Assembly: GCF_018977255.1 (NCBI RefSeq)
Contig: NW_024704751.1
Span: 15,128,001 to 15,192,000, forward strand
Direction of reading: 5' to 3'
Source: Callorhinchus milii
Taxonomy: Eukaryota
DNA length: 64,000 nucleotides
The notes below the pieces were generated by a model, which saw only the letters and a list, made by a program, of their open reading frames with translations, made no database searches and was not told where the DNA came from. The position numbers and the translations under genes were made by a program. Shown piece after piece: positions 11,651 through 25,484 of the stretch; within the stretch, counting starts at the first letter, position 1; every line of letters begins with the position of its first letter.

Positions 11651-12754
11651 CGGTAATGTAATTGCAAAGCAATAGTGCTTTCTATTTGACAGCAGAGGAA
11701 AACACTCCACAGACAAAAAGCACGCTGGAACAGAAGATTAGTGGTCTCGATTTTCACGATCGCTGATGCTCATCTGCTATCGAAATGGATCTCTTCATAA
11801 CTTCTAGACAGTGTAACCGTTGGGCCGGACTCCCTTCTCTTTCATGAGATGTTTAACGTTCACCTGATCAGACAGACGGGACTTTAGTTTGAACGTTTGA
11901 AGGTCAATATCTTTGACAATGCACACGTTTGACATTTGGCGCCTTATCACGTTGTCTCGAGACGTCTCAAAGCACTTCACAGGATATACCGCAAAGTGGA
12001 CGGATTGCCTGGTTCGTGGACAAAACGGGGCCCCGGGGCGAGAGAAAGTCCCTTCTTTTTTCCAATAGCTCCCCCTGGACCTTTAGCGTCCACCTGAAAA
12101 GGCACAGACGGGGAACACCTCATCCAAAGCACGGTACCACCGACATTGTGGTCTTCCCCATCCCAGCAATGAGTCAGAGCCTCAGCCCAGATAAACCCTT
12201 CATTACTAAAAATTTCACAAGGGCAACAAAAGAACAAAACAGCCATTTAAGCCGAGACTCAGAACAAACAGTAAACTCTTTGAAGAGAGGCAGAAAGATC
12301 TACAAATAATGAACATAATTCCCGAATAGTCAAAGGCCTGAAAGTAATTTACTGCTTTTGAGGCTTGATACGATTGAGTGTATTTTTTTTGTCAGAGCTC
12401 AAAATATAATTTCCTTCATATCTAAAATTGCCTCAACGTGGTTTATATTCAAGACATTAAGCTTCAGGAATGCCGAATGTTAATAACACAAGCGATTGTC
12501 ATGACATTTCTCCCCACACACCCCCAGCCCCACTGATTGAAAGGAGCAAATTATATCCCCGAGCCCCATCTTCATGCAAAAAATGTTAATGACGGCAAAG
12601 GCAAGAAGATTAAATTAATTCAAAAATATTCTCAAACCGAAATTATCTACTGTAACTAAACACAACAATAATAATAATCTTTTCACATGACACAGCACCT
12701 TTCGCGTCAGGAGGACGTCTCAAAGCGCTTCACGGGACACACTCTACTCAGCTA

Positions 12755-13045
<291 letters not shown>

Positions 13046-13120
13046 TCATGGATGACACAGGGCAGATTAATTGAACATGGGGGTTCAAAGTGGGGGCTTG
13101 GGGGAGGGGGATGTTGGGGG

Positions 13121-13430
13121 AGGATAATATAATAAAAATTCTTGCATTTGGCCTTGTGCCTTTCACGTTAACGACTTCTCCAAGCGCTTCACAGGATACA
13201 CTGTAAAGCCTAGAGACGATGTGTTTTGTACGCCCACAGGAAGCCATTGGATGTGCTTGCAAATGCTACCATAATAATAACAATCCTTGCATTTGACACA
13301 GCGCCTTATCGCATCATTGTGACGTCTCAAAACGCTTCACAGCATATATTACAAAGTGAATCGACTGTGTATTCTGTGGGCGAAACGTGGAAGCTAATTG
13401 CGCACAGCAGTGTCCCACGAACAGTCGTGA
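13121..13430 (-). mobile_element. Two tandem SINE 3' halves just upstream of the exon 2 acceptor
   Basis: Two successive (AAT)n-cttgcatttg...gcgcttcacag...cagccaattg-like units starting at ~13125 and ~13271. Confidence 0.85.
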
Positions 13431-13909
13431 TAAATGCTGCCAGTGTTCCAGGCTGGGGTTGGAGCCCAGGATGAAGGAAGTATTATTAAAGGCTGAAATT
13501 ACAACCAAAATAAGGGTTGCAGCTGGTTTCAAGTGTTCATTAATGATCAGTCTTTCACTCCACTGATTTGCGCGAATCCCCGGCCACAGCGGTGTAATGT
13601 CATTTCAGTGGCTTCAACCTAATCATCATTATATTAATAGAAGCAGAATCCCGAAACTGCACAAATAAATACTTTGAAATGCCTCATGTGGATCACTGGG
13701 CTTCGCACCAAACTGCTCCAACCGCTCGGGGTGGGGGAGGGGAGTGAGCAAACGATACCAGAGTCGGCTTTTTATTGCGGGGGTTTGGCCCCATAAAAAT
13801 ATCCTCCATCCAGCTGACATCACCGCCTGCATGCTGCGCAGGGACAACACGAGACATCAGGAGGCACACCCTATTGCTTGTTCCGCTAGAAGCTCGCGCC
13901 ATAAATGGC

Positions 13910-14190
13910 GATACAACGCAAACTTACGTCTATATAACACCTTCACATCACGAGGACATCCCAAAGGGCTTAGCAGTATTGGCTGAGGGTGGGATCCTAA
14001 ATGCGGAGAGTTAACTGAAAGCGCCGTCGAAGAGGTAGGTCTTGAGATGGATCTTGAACAAGGTGAGGGAGGGAGGGAGGGAGGGAGGGAGCGAGCGAAA
14101 TCAGAGATACTTCAGGCAGAGAGAGTGGGCAGCATGGCTGCCGATGGTGGGATGGGTCGGGTGTGAAGTGGGCAGAATTGAGGGGTACAC
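13910..14190 (-). mobile_element. L2 LINE 3' end
   Basis: Reverse complement has ccaccatcggcagccatgc...caagatccatctcaagacctacctcttcgac (KIHLKTYLFD), then the tail. Confidence 0.7.
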
Positions 14191-16234
14191 CGGGGGCAAG
14201 ACCGTGGAGGATTTAAAAGCTGAATGTACGGTAATACCAAAGCACGATAGAATGGGACCCCCAACTGTAGCAGAAATATCAATATTGAATAAAGTTGAAT
14301 TTATTCCCTTTAATTACGGAGACTCAACGTTTAAGCCCAACCGCGTGAGCAGAACTATGAGAGCAGGAGATGTGCAGGGCTGATCGGAAAGCCTGCTCTT
14401 TGTGTTATAATGAGCCCTGGGAAATTCAACATGATGAAACACCTCATTTAGTTAAAAGCAACTCATTGAGCCACTCGAAGCCTTGTTTACTTCGCAGCAA
14501 ACTAACTCGCCCAGCTGCTTAACCGCTCCTGCAATAAATCCAGTTAGAATCAATAAAAGTGCAGCGTCGTAAAATTACCAGCATAACACTGCTCCTGTCA
14601 TTTATTATTCATCCTCTAAATCTAAAAGATTTAAGGCGAATTTGTAACCGTTTTTGATGCCTGTACTCCGGAGAGTTGGCATTGTTTTTCCAAAGTGTAA
14701 ATAAGGCTCTGTGTTGGGAAGGTTCACACGGATTGCGATGGGATTCTGATAACTTTATCTGAGTGGCCATTTCACTGTAAATAATAACAGTGAGAATAAC
14801 CCTTGCGACCAGTGTAGCACCTTTCACGGCTGGAGGAAGTCTCTCGATATTCCCAAAGGAATGACGGGATCCATTTGATCCCAGGCTCTTGCTTTGTTTG
14901 AACCCTTGTCCCACTCTCGTTCGTCAAATCTCGTAAGCAAATTCTACTCAAGTGATAACAGCTCATCCAAGGCTTACAACTTATCTTACATTGCAGCCTC
15001 CAATGGCCTGTAGTGGGCAAAGGACAAAGTGCAGAATAGCCTCTTACCCAGGTTCTGTGCGCTCTGAGATGATGCAGCGAGCGGAGAACCCATTGAGGTT
15101 TCTCATGTCAATACACAGAATCGCTGCCTCATTGACAGACTTATTCCTTGCACTGATCAATGCTGAATCCTCTATAAACTGGTGAGTTGAAAGAACAACC
15201 AATTTATTGACCACAAGTGAAATAGGCAGACGTTTAGTTAATACACGACAGCAGGGCTCTGAGCTGAGTATTCAAAATACTGATGTTCTGGCGACAATCC
15301 CAACCCCCGCCCCCACCCACACACCCGATAAATCTGGTAATTTGTTTCACGGCTCTTCATTATGCATTACCCACAAATACGCAGTCACTACACTTTACAG
15401 GACCCTCTGAAGCACTTGAGACATTTCCATGTGATAAGGCAGTATGTGAAATGCGAGGATTATTGTCATTTAATTTATGAATGTGGGTATGGCAAAAGCA
15501 AGCGGGCTAATCCACACACCTGTATGGGCTTTCATACTGGATGATCTAAGTTGGTGAGAGTTATTAATTATTAATAATAAAATCCATGAATGTACAAAGA
15601 CAACAAGGAATTCAGGCTGGAAGCTTGGGATCTGTGGGCAGAGTCTTTTCACGGTTCATTAAATACAAGCAACAGCGGCAGATTGAGAAACAGCTACTGT
15701 TTCAATTAAATAAAAGTTAGGACCGCAATCCTGGGAATTATTAGTCTGCTTCCCGCGCTACAGATGTCAGATTAACATCAGGGAGTCTTGGAAAAGGAGC
15801 ATTGAGGGCCCATTTAAAAACAGTAAAGGCAATGATTCCAAGGTGGATGGATAGCAGATGATGCCTGGCAAATTTATGACAATTCCTTGGGATGTAACAA
15901 AATTGATGGATGATGTTAATGTAGATCCTGCTATGAACTGCGATTTTCAGGAGGTATATAAGATGCTGCCTCTTTAATAAAATATTATTGGACACTAAAG
16001 GCAACGATAAAAACACTTACAATTCTAATTGAGAGCTTGTGCACCAAAGTACCCTTTGGGATAATCTATTTTGGGGAGAAATTCTGTCTGGGCCGAGACT
16101 GATTCTATTTATGTAGCACTTTAGAGTGACCAGGATTTGGACAATTCCTAAATGCGGTTTTAATTTCATATCCGTTTTTCTGCGAGATTCTGAGCGGAAA
16201 CAAGTTTAGTCTGAAACTATTTCCATTGCTAGGA

Positions 16235-16527
16235 GAGAGTGACTAGAGGAGACGGGTTTAAGACAGTCACAAGAAAAGCGAAAGGAGAGTTTAGGAGAAT
16301 GTTTTTCACCCAGGGAGTTGATGGGATGCGAGAAGCCCTGCCGAGTAAAGGGGTAGCGCGCAGTCCATTATGGGTTCCAAGAGGGAAGTAGACCAGTATA
16401 TGAATGATAGACGTTTGAAGGGGTGTGAGGAAAGGATGGAGCATTGAATGAACAATTTGAATGAGATCAGGGGCAGTCTCAACGGGCTGAATGGCCTCCT
16501 TCAGGATTGTAATTGCTTTGATTCTAC
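16235..16527 (+). mobile_element. CR1 LINE 3' end (ORF2 C-terminus remnant)
   Basis: Translates TRGDGFKTVTRKAKGEFRRMFFTQGV...; tail gggctgaatggcctcct...tttgattcta. Confidence 0.8.
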
Positions 16528-18054
16528 AAAGTTACATCCTCCATTTATCATTGCAACATAACCATTTTCTCGCTTTTCCATTGGAGACACCATTAACGTC
16601 ACTGTCAATAAATTGGACTTGTTGGCATCCAGATTCAAGTCTGAATGATTGACTGGAGGCACTGAAAGATAGATTTAGGCATTCCAGATTCGGAGTCACT
16701 ATTCCGAGGCTCTTCTCATTGAAAAAATACTCAGCTTTGCTCCACCAAGTTGCTATGCCCAAAGGAAACCCACGATATTAATGTCTCCTGAATTTCCTGT
16801 TATATTAATGTTCGTTGCCAATGAAAACAATCCTGTATTGATCAGCCAAGGAGACTTCAGCTCCTGCTGCGTATTAAAAGGTTACTATTTTATCGACCTC
16901 CATGATATACTCCGGGGTTCTCTGTCCTGAATGTACATCAACACGGTTGTTTGTTGAGGTTAAATCTCCAGTGTTTGAGTGCTAACTCCACTTGTAAATC
17001 CGCTGGCTGGACAGAATAACCCAATGCTAACGAACTAATTTACACTGGTGTAATGAACCCCAGTTACAAATTTGACACTGGATTCTTTTGCTATTTACAA
17101 TCGCTTTAGTCTTCCAAGAGACTCAGAGGTTAAGTGCCCGTTGAGATTGCAGTTATTAAAATTAGACTATAGAGTGCCCGAAATTCTCGGAATTCCAACA
17201 GCAAAACCATTACCATCTCGCCAAGGCAGAGAGGTGTCACAGCCATCAACCGTCCCAGTCTCTGATTGTTGGGGTCTGGAATCATCTGTAGGAGATCTCC
17301 TTAAGGGACCTGTGTGTCCCAGCACTCTCTCACTCAGCAATAACCCAAGCACTGAACAGCCTAGAGCCATCATGCTGGGTTGGCTGAACCAGGACACGGA
17401 GGGGGGGGGGGGCACGGCGAGATTACAAATTACCTTGGGATAGTAATAAGGGTAAAACCAGCCACATCAGCACAAAGAAACGGTAGCAAAAGAGGCAACC
17501 TCATGCCACCAGCTTATGGAGTTACATGGAACAGACTGTTGACATGATTGGAGCGGATGAGTCAGAGGTTAACTGCCAGGGAGCAACACACACCACCACT
17601 GAAAGTCTCGTCATGACGAGAGAGCCTCAAATCCAAACTTCTCTTCCTTCAGTATTATTCCAGTAACCTCCGTTCCCTCTTTCTCCTCCCCGCCTCACAA
17701 TTTTGCTCATCCCGTGCGCTTACGTGTGTTAACTTGCCAATGGCGATATTTCATCAAAAATTTATGCTGAATTCATTTCATCGTAACAACTCCAATTTAT
17801 TATTAACAAAAACAAAATCAGCTTCCAATTCGCCCAATTCGCCCCTTAATTGCTCAAATACCAACAGCAGACTGGGGCTTGTTTACATCAGGAGTGACTA
17901 GTCAGCCACATAATTGTCAGCTACTCTGTGGCCCATCAGATAAATTGACTTGATGGGTCTAAAGATAACCAAATTTATCGGCGAAAGAGCCCAAGAATTA
18001 GATTGAGAGTTTAGTAATAATTTAGAAAAAAATCAAACAAAAGAGACAGCAAAA

Positions 18055-18210
18055 GCAAATTAGATAGATTTATTTTAGGAATTAATATCTTGGGATACAG
18101 TATAAAGTTTGGGACATGATAATTGCTTGCGACTGATTGCCAGGATGCTGGAAGGTGAACTGGATGGACTTTGATCTTCTATCGTCCAGGAATTCTTATG
18201 CTCTTATGCC
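18055..18210 (+). mobile_element. CR1 LINE 3' end
   Basis: KLDRFILGINILGYS-like terminus followed by ggtgaactggatggac...aattcttatgctcttatg. Confidence 0.75.
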
Positions 18211-21199
18211 GAAACAATATTTTGACTTCTGTGTCATTTCTGAAAACTTGCTTCTATTTAAAAAACAACGATTGCTCCTCGTGCAAGTTTGCTTGTGGGG
18301 AGATTGATTCAAAATACGATCTGGACTTGTGCTTTAACGGCATTGGATTCCCCGTGTCCTCCTTCAAGTCACCAACCGATGGACCAAAAAGGACTGTGTA
18401 AACCAGGGGTCCATTCCTCACTCCACTCCGCAGGGAAAAATACCTAGTCAGAGGGGTTCCCAAGATTAGTTTGGATGAAAAAGGCCCTTTGGCTCAACAA
18501 CTACAACAAATTACACTTGTATAATGGTCTTCATGCTGGAAAGACGTCCCAGGGCTCAGCGAAGGGAACTGGATAAGTGCCTGAACCGTTAAAAAATATA
18601 TTTTAGGGGGAAACAGCTAGAAAGTTGCATTAATAAATCAAGAGGATCTTGGAAAGACAGGCAGCTGTGGTGGGACATGATGGGCCGAATGTCCATTTCT
18701 CTGCTGGTAGATCTTTATCTACAATGTGGTGCTTCCATCCCCCTTTAGTGTGTTACAGTATCATAGAATCTGTGTCTTTGAGGCCAGTCCCTGAGAGATA
18801 CTTGGTGCAGAGCACATCCATTAGCATCTTTACCACTCGTGTGACCAACCTTTGCCAAGTCCAAAGTAGAGAAGGTGAAATACTGGCAAAGGCATTGTCC
18901 CCAAAGACTATTGTGGAGTGTGTGTGTGTCTGCGTGTATGTGTGGGTATACTCACAAGATCAGTCTTGCTCCCTCTTCTAGGACAGTTTCCTAATGCTTT
19001 CAATGAAAGAAAATCAAGAGAGACTTTCTTGTTCCATCAATGCGAGGATCGAAAGAAGAGCACTGAAGGCAATACAAGGCTCAATACTGGAGCTGATCTG
19101 GCTTTGCTGCAGTTTCTTGCTTGATGCAGCTCCACTTAACTCAGTCAAGTTAGCAACTTGAACTAGTTGCTAACACAAGGGTAAAAGGATGGCAGTTTCT
19201 TCACTAATTGTGCCCAAGTCAAGATCCGTGCGGAGTAATGCACACTTTCTGCTTCATTACTGTCTAATTATCTTCCTCCACGCTGCTCTTATCTCTAATT
19301 CTTTGAGCAAACAGTGAGACTTTAATTGACTGCGATTCCATTGTTGCATTGTCTGTGTTAACGTCTTCAAAAATAAATCCCCACCTTTTCCCTCCCTATT
19401 TTAACTTTGCAATATTAATAATTAATGGCACAAAAAAAGCTTCACAAAAATCCTTTTCTGTATCCATAGATTATATCAAGATCAAAAATATGTAAACATC
19501 AGTTGCAGTAAAGTTGCCAGGGATATTTATATTGCAATTCTTGTTTTCCATTTAGAGTAATTAAAGTATTGTTTTTTTTTCAATGGGAACAATATTGCAA
19601 ACAGTTAATAAACTGAGCGCTACTTTGCTTGTTCCTGTTTTGAAGAAAGGTTTCCTGCTTAATTACCTGTGAAGTGACAGCGTGAATTTCTAAAATATCA
19701 GTATTGTTTCTGCCAACAAAAGCAAATCGAGTTCCCCTAACCCTAACCTCAAAATAATGAGTCTCAGCCTCTTTCTGACTGTCTTTAACCCGTGTCAAAA
19801 TGCCAGCACAGGTACAAAACAGTCAGAAAGTGGGCAAAGTATGCCAACATGTAGTCTTACTAGTCAGATGCCTTCACTTGTTCAGTTGCTAGGTTGTGCC
19901 CACCATTGCTATCAAGCGCTGTCCATCTTTGATCTGAAAAAGTACAGGAAGGCTTTTTCTAAAACTCCGTCAGTTGAGAAGGTCTCACGAGACCAATCCT
20001 TCACTCAACCAAATCATCACTGAGGTGAGCAATCAGTCAGTCAGGACCGCTGAACTAGAGCCACTATGAATGGTAAGTGCCACACCTTTCCTATAATTTG
20101 TGTATCCGTTATCCACGCTGCTGATATCACAAAAAAAGTACATTTCAGCTCCTTTGCGCCCGTGAAATAACTCATCACATACTTCCTTGCAAGCCAAGAA
20201 ATGCATTAACCGTGTCTGTTTACTCAGCCGCTTCCCCCACCCAAAGATATCCAATGATTGTGTTGGCTATAACCTGCCTTTCATGGTGTCACATTGGCTT
20301 CGATTTAGCATCTTCACCTTAACCTAGATACTTTGGAATTTCCTCCTATATGAATGATTTTAAAAATCTCCCCCCCCACCACCAACATCAACCATCGACA
20401 TCAAAGCTAACAAGTCTACAATTGTTTTTAACAATAATTTGACTTTGCCCACAAATTACAGTCAATCCATATGCCGTCCTTCAGATGAGAGCAAAGTTAT
20501 TGGGAAATGCAGAGGGAAGTGAGTGAATAGAGAAGAGAATAGAGAATAAGAGAAACTTATCCTCGTTTCTCACCACCTGTGAAAGAATTCCTTTTTCTGC
20601 TCATTTCTACACTTTGATTTTTTAGTTTTTTGCAGGTGGTTGTGGAATGGCCAATATCCTCAGTATGATTGGGCTCCATTAATTAACATTTCAGTCCTGC
20701 AGGCATCCCTCGAAATGACGAAGAGAGAAAGACCTAAGTAAGATCCTCAAGGAGTTGCCTGAGCTAAACCCAAGGCTGCCGCTGTTCAACAGTCAGTCAG
20801 TCATTCAATGCAATTGAAAGGCAGAAGGTGTTGGTTACCGGGTAACATCTCATGACAGGTGCAATGATAAATCATGTACGTTCATATGTGCGTCAAAGGT
20901 AACAGTACCAGGCGTTGAGTGTTGGTTATGCATTTTGTGCTCAGAAACGAACATTAGATGCTCCCTGATGGTGCACATGGCTTAGAGCCAAAGCAAAACC
21001 CTCTCTGCGCAATGCACATCAACCCAAAGCCCAACAGCACTCTCCAAGGTGTGACGTTTCCACTCCTCTGTCGTCGCTCGATTGTGTACTCAGAGTTTAA
21101 TTGGCAAATTAAGCACCAATTAGTCCTGATTCCCACTTGGCGTTAGCCTCAGCTGACTGACTTTGATCACCGGCAAAGCTCAGTCTGGAGCTGTGAGCC

Positions 21200-21485
21200 T
21201 TATTCTATTACCTCTTTCCACCTTCCTCGTCGACTCTGCTCCACCATCGGTGGCCGTGCCTTCAGCCACTACGGCCCAAACTCTGGAACTCTCTCCCCCG
21301 ATCCCTCCACCATGCCCCCTCCCCAGTTTTAAATCCCACCTAAAGACCTTCCTTCTTGATTCGTGCTCATGGCCACCTCCCCATTCCCTCTCCCCCTGGT
21401 TTGGGGTCAGACTCCGCCACTGTTAAGCGCTCCTGGACATTACCCCCCGTGAAGGGCACTGTATAAATGCAAATTGTTGTTGTTG
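21200..21485 (+). mobile_element. L2 LINE 3' end
   Basis: Frameshifted STIGGRAFSHYGP/LWNSLP/SFKSHLKTFLL, the L2 ORF2 C-terminus; tail gtgaagggcactgtataaatgcaaa(ttg)n. Confidence 0.85.
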
Positions 21486-21917
21486 GTTGGAATTCAAGAT
21501 CTTTTTGGTGCTGCTAACCTCAACCTATTATATGTGCATCGTCACAATTCTAGTTCAGGAATTAAGTGCGGTCATTATCAGGAGCGGGAAACTGATCACT
21601 ATTTTGTTTAAGGATCGATTGGGCCAATTTGTGCTAGGAACTGATGTGTTACACCAGACAAACTGTCTGCCACGCACATTAAAACAACGCAACACAAATC
21701 CTCATGTTCCACCCCTCCCAAAAGAGAAAGGAAAAAGTATTGTCCAGGGCAGGGCATTGGCAATCAAATGGTTTACATTCGACAAACATCGCACTCTGGG
21801 TAAGAGGGACAATGACTGAAAAGACCAGCAGAGAAGATTGGGTCAACAGAAACAGCGGCCCTCGACTCGGTTTGTAAAAGGCTGCAAATTGCGGGAAGTC
21901 ATGTCAATCTGAAATAA

Positions 21918-22098
21918 AATCTGGAACGCACTGCCTGAAAGGAGTTTGAAAGTAGATTCGATAATAACTTTCATAAAGGGATTGGATATATGGCGAAAGA
22001 GCGGGGGAGTGGGACGAATTGGATAGTCCTTTCAAAGCGGGCACAGGCACGGTGGGCTGAATGGGCTCCTTCTGTGCTGTACGTTTCTATGATTCTAC
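21918..22098 (+). mobile_element. CR1 LINE 3' end
   Basis: IWNALPER...; tail gtgggctgaatgggctccttctgtgctgta..tttctatgattcta. Confidence 0.8.
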
Positions 22099-22929
22099 GC
22101 CTTCATCTTATAAACCAAGAAATTGTTGGACATTCTATCCTCTGGGTCAGGGAGGGGGCTGTGGGTTCAAGTCCCACATCAGCGCTGTAATTTGTCATCA
22201 AAAACAATAATAGCGTAGCAATTACTGCAAAGAGACAGACGCGATTCAAAAAAAAGGTGGTGTGAAAACGCAAGCTCCTGATTTCTCTTAAATCTCCATC
22301 CAGCGGCAAACATTCACTCCCGATAGATTTATCAGAATAAAAAACATGTTGCCCCTTGCTTCAAAGTAGACAGGAAGCAGTTTACTCATGCGGATATTTG
22401 GGACATGAAGCTAACCCTCTTTTGTGATAAGACTGGGTCTGGAATCTATGATGTTCATCACATTGCGAGAGAACATTATTTTCCCCGCCCTTAAATGCGA
22501 ATAAATTTACATGTCTAATAACCTACAACACTTTCCCCCGAAATGCATTAATAACTCACTGGGAGCAGATTGCACACAGAGACTGTAATTTGTTTTGCAG
22601 GTCTTAAACCCTGTCAGTTTCATCGCCTTGGAGGGCTAATTTGTTAATTATTCAATGTTGCAGGGAAGAGATCCACAGAGTTTCAGATTTAATAATAATA
22701 CTCTGATGAGCTATTTTCCCTCCATTGAACAATTCCATTTCTCTGCCCACATGTCTTCTGTCCACGGGGAAGCCCCCTTTGCATCTTACCAGGATGGATT
22801 TTCCATAGGAAATTCTCCCGAGACACAAAGGCGGGGAAGAGAGATATTAGAGGGAGGGGGGCGGGAAAAGCTCTTGCTCGTCATTTATTGACCTGGCGTT
22901 TAGAAAAGACAAAATAAATCATTGGGTCC

Positions 22930-23148
22930 TGACGTGGAGCAAACTACTACTTCTTTCTGTAACCAGGGATCTTTAACGTCAACCAGAACATGGCACGGAA
23001 TGGGAGCTCGGTTTAATATCATCCAAAGATGCCACTTCCAACAATGTAGCGTTCCCCAGTAATGTATTGAGCTCAAAGTCCCGACGTGGAGCTTGAACCT
23101 AAGACCTTCTGACTCAGAGGCGACAGTGGATGCCAACTGAGCCAGGTT
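22930..23148 (-). mobile_element. DeuSINE 5' part
   Basis: Reverse complement: ctggctcagttgg...ctctgagtcagaaggt...ggttcaagctccac...gatgatattaaaccgag...gacgttaaagatccc. Confidence 0.8.
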
Positions 23149-23514
23149 GTCACCAATGTTCCGGATAGACTGGGAACAGAACCTGCCACCTTCTGGCATG
23201 CAAGGAAGGTATAAAGGCACACGTGGGAATAGCAAGCGAGGACAGACTGGGTTGACGGATTTATGCTCCACAGGAGAGCTGGCTGACGAGGGGAGAAGGG
23301 GCTCTGGGATGATGTGTCAGAGACCTCTGAACACTTGGAGAGCGTGTGTGTCAGCATGAGTCACAGGTACAGGTGAGAAGGAGAAAATTGTATGAGATCA
23401 GAGAGCAATATAGCCTCAGAGCTCTTGACGACTGACTGATCATGCTGGTGGATCCTTCCTTTCACACAGCATCGCCGAGGTCCGAAAACCACTGATGATA
23501 AAAAGTTCACGGCA

Positions 23515-23722
23515 ATTAATAATCCCTCAAAAAAAATAATAATAATTTGGTGGCTTGATCCACGACTATTTGTGGAGCGCTGGCTGTGCGCTATTGGCTG
23601 CCGCGTTCCGCCCACAAAACATTAAGTCAATTCACTTTATGGTGTATTCTGTGAAGCGCTTTGAGACGTCTCGAAGGCGTGATAAGACGCTATATCAAAA
23701 GCAAGCATTATTATTATCATTA
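23515..23722 (+). mobile_element. SINE family A 3' half
   Basis: Starts at the internal aataatccctcaaaaaaa linker and ends gctatatcaaaagcaagcattattattatc. Confidence 0.9.
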
Positions 23723-23744
23723 AGGATGCAGTGGAGGCGTTTTT

Positions 23745-24096
23745 GCAGTAAATGCTCAGTCTGTAGCACTCTCTGTCCTGACACCAAAGGTTGCGGGTTC
23801 AAGCAGTCAGGAATTCGAGCTCACTCTCGAGCTCTGCATTGTCCCTCGGATGAGATGTTAAACCAAAGTTCTGGTGGATATCAAGATCCCACAGCGACGC
23901 GATTCGAAGGGAGAAGGAAGTTTCACCCAGTGCCCTGATCGACATTCCTCCCCATAAAAATCGTCATGGCTGCTTGTGGGACATCACTGTGTTGGCTGCT
24001 GTGTTTTCCTACAAATACACAGTCACTACATTTTACAGTAAATGGAGATGTTCCGACATGATAAACCACCACATCAAATGCAAGCATCATTATTAT
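23745..24096 (+). mobile_element. DeuSINE, degenerate near full length
   Basis: gctcagtctgtagcactc...gggttcaagc...ggatgagatgttaaacc...aagatcccac...tcaaatgcaagcatcattatt. Confidence 0.75.
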
Positions 24097-24692
24097 ACGG
24101 CGATTTGGTTACCGCTTGGGATGTTCTGTTGAAAGATGATTGGAATCAATCCTCAAAAAGGGTCAAGGGTGAGTGTAGGGTTTTGTTTCAACTTGTGGCC
24201 ATGTGTGAGTCAATATAAGTGCGGTTAAAATATTCAAGGGAATTCGGACAACATTAAATTATTGGCAATTATAGTCTTGCAGTGGAAAGCTGATGGAGTA
24301 GATCGGAATTGATTTTCTGTTTTAATCTCTTTAAGCTTATGCATTGATGTTACTGAGATGTAATACATCAAGAACAGTATGCCCGAGTGCCAGCTGGATT
24401 TCACCAGCGCTGTCGGTCACTGGGTAAATACCAGCAAGTAAGAGCTCACAGCAAACTGAGCCCCTGTGACTGACTAAACCAGCCCACTTGTGTCTCGTTC
24501 ACCCCTCAGCATCCTCACAAAGGCTGCATTCCACATATTATTTCCACTGTAAATGTCATTGTTTAACAACACAAAACCCTGACTTAGGAAAGTGCCATTT
24601 GGCTGTTCAAGTCTATTCCTAACACCGGTTAACACACAGCCTCAACCTGCTGTGAATTCCACCCACCCACCCACCCACCCACCCAAAAGCTA

Positions 24693-25092
24693 AATAATAA
24701 TAATCCTTGTATTTGATAATGCACCTTTCACGTCTCGAGGGCAACTGTAGGGACTACATATTTGTCGGTGAACGCAGCAGCTGATTTGCTCACAGCCACG
24801 TCCCACAAACAGCCATGGCGTGAATGGTTAATTTTATCTGGTGGGGGGGGATTGTTGACCAGGACATTGGGAGAAACTCTCTTCTCTATTCGAAACGTGC
24901 CACAGGATCTTTAACGTTCACCTGAACAGACACAGACAGGAGCTCAGTTGAATGTCTCGGCACCTTCTGGGATTACAATGGAGCACCAGCCTAGACTCAA
25001 AGTCCGTGACATGGTGGGGGTGGGTGGGGTGGGGGGGGGAAACTCGCGTTCACAACCTTCTGAATCCGAGGCGAGAGTGCTGCAAACCGAGT
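24693..25092 (-). mobile_element. DeuSINE, near full length
   Basis: Reverse complement shows a tRNA-like head (cactctcgcctcggattcagaaggttgtg), Deu domain (caggtgaacgttaaagatcctgtggcac...gagtttctccc) and a (TTA)n tail. Confidence 0.85.
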
Positions 25093-25484
25093 GGAGTTCA
25101 ACCTACAAAGAGAAAGATTTACAGGGCAGCTAATGTCCCAGCTGAACTAATTTGTGCTGTTTAATTAAGTTGTGCTAATTAGTATCACCACCACCAGCCT
25201 GACACTGGTCTTGGCAGGAAACTGCTGATGTAATATGCTTCCTGCTCACGGGCATCGTATGAATAAGCAACCTTATAGCTTTCGATCTTTGAACTCAATC
25301 CTGTACAAGAATCGTCAGGCAAAATAGGAAGATTCTGGGAGTTGGCTCACAAGGGAATAATGATCCCTGCTTCTGAATTGTACCAACTTATTCTTGGTTA
25401 CCTGCAGAACTGTTATTGGGTACATTGTCAATCCCACATGTATATCACCCATTGCTGCCCATAATCACACCCATTGGTGCCTTT

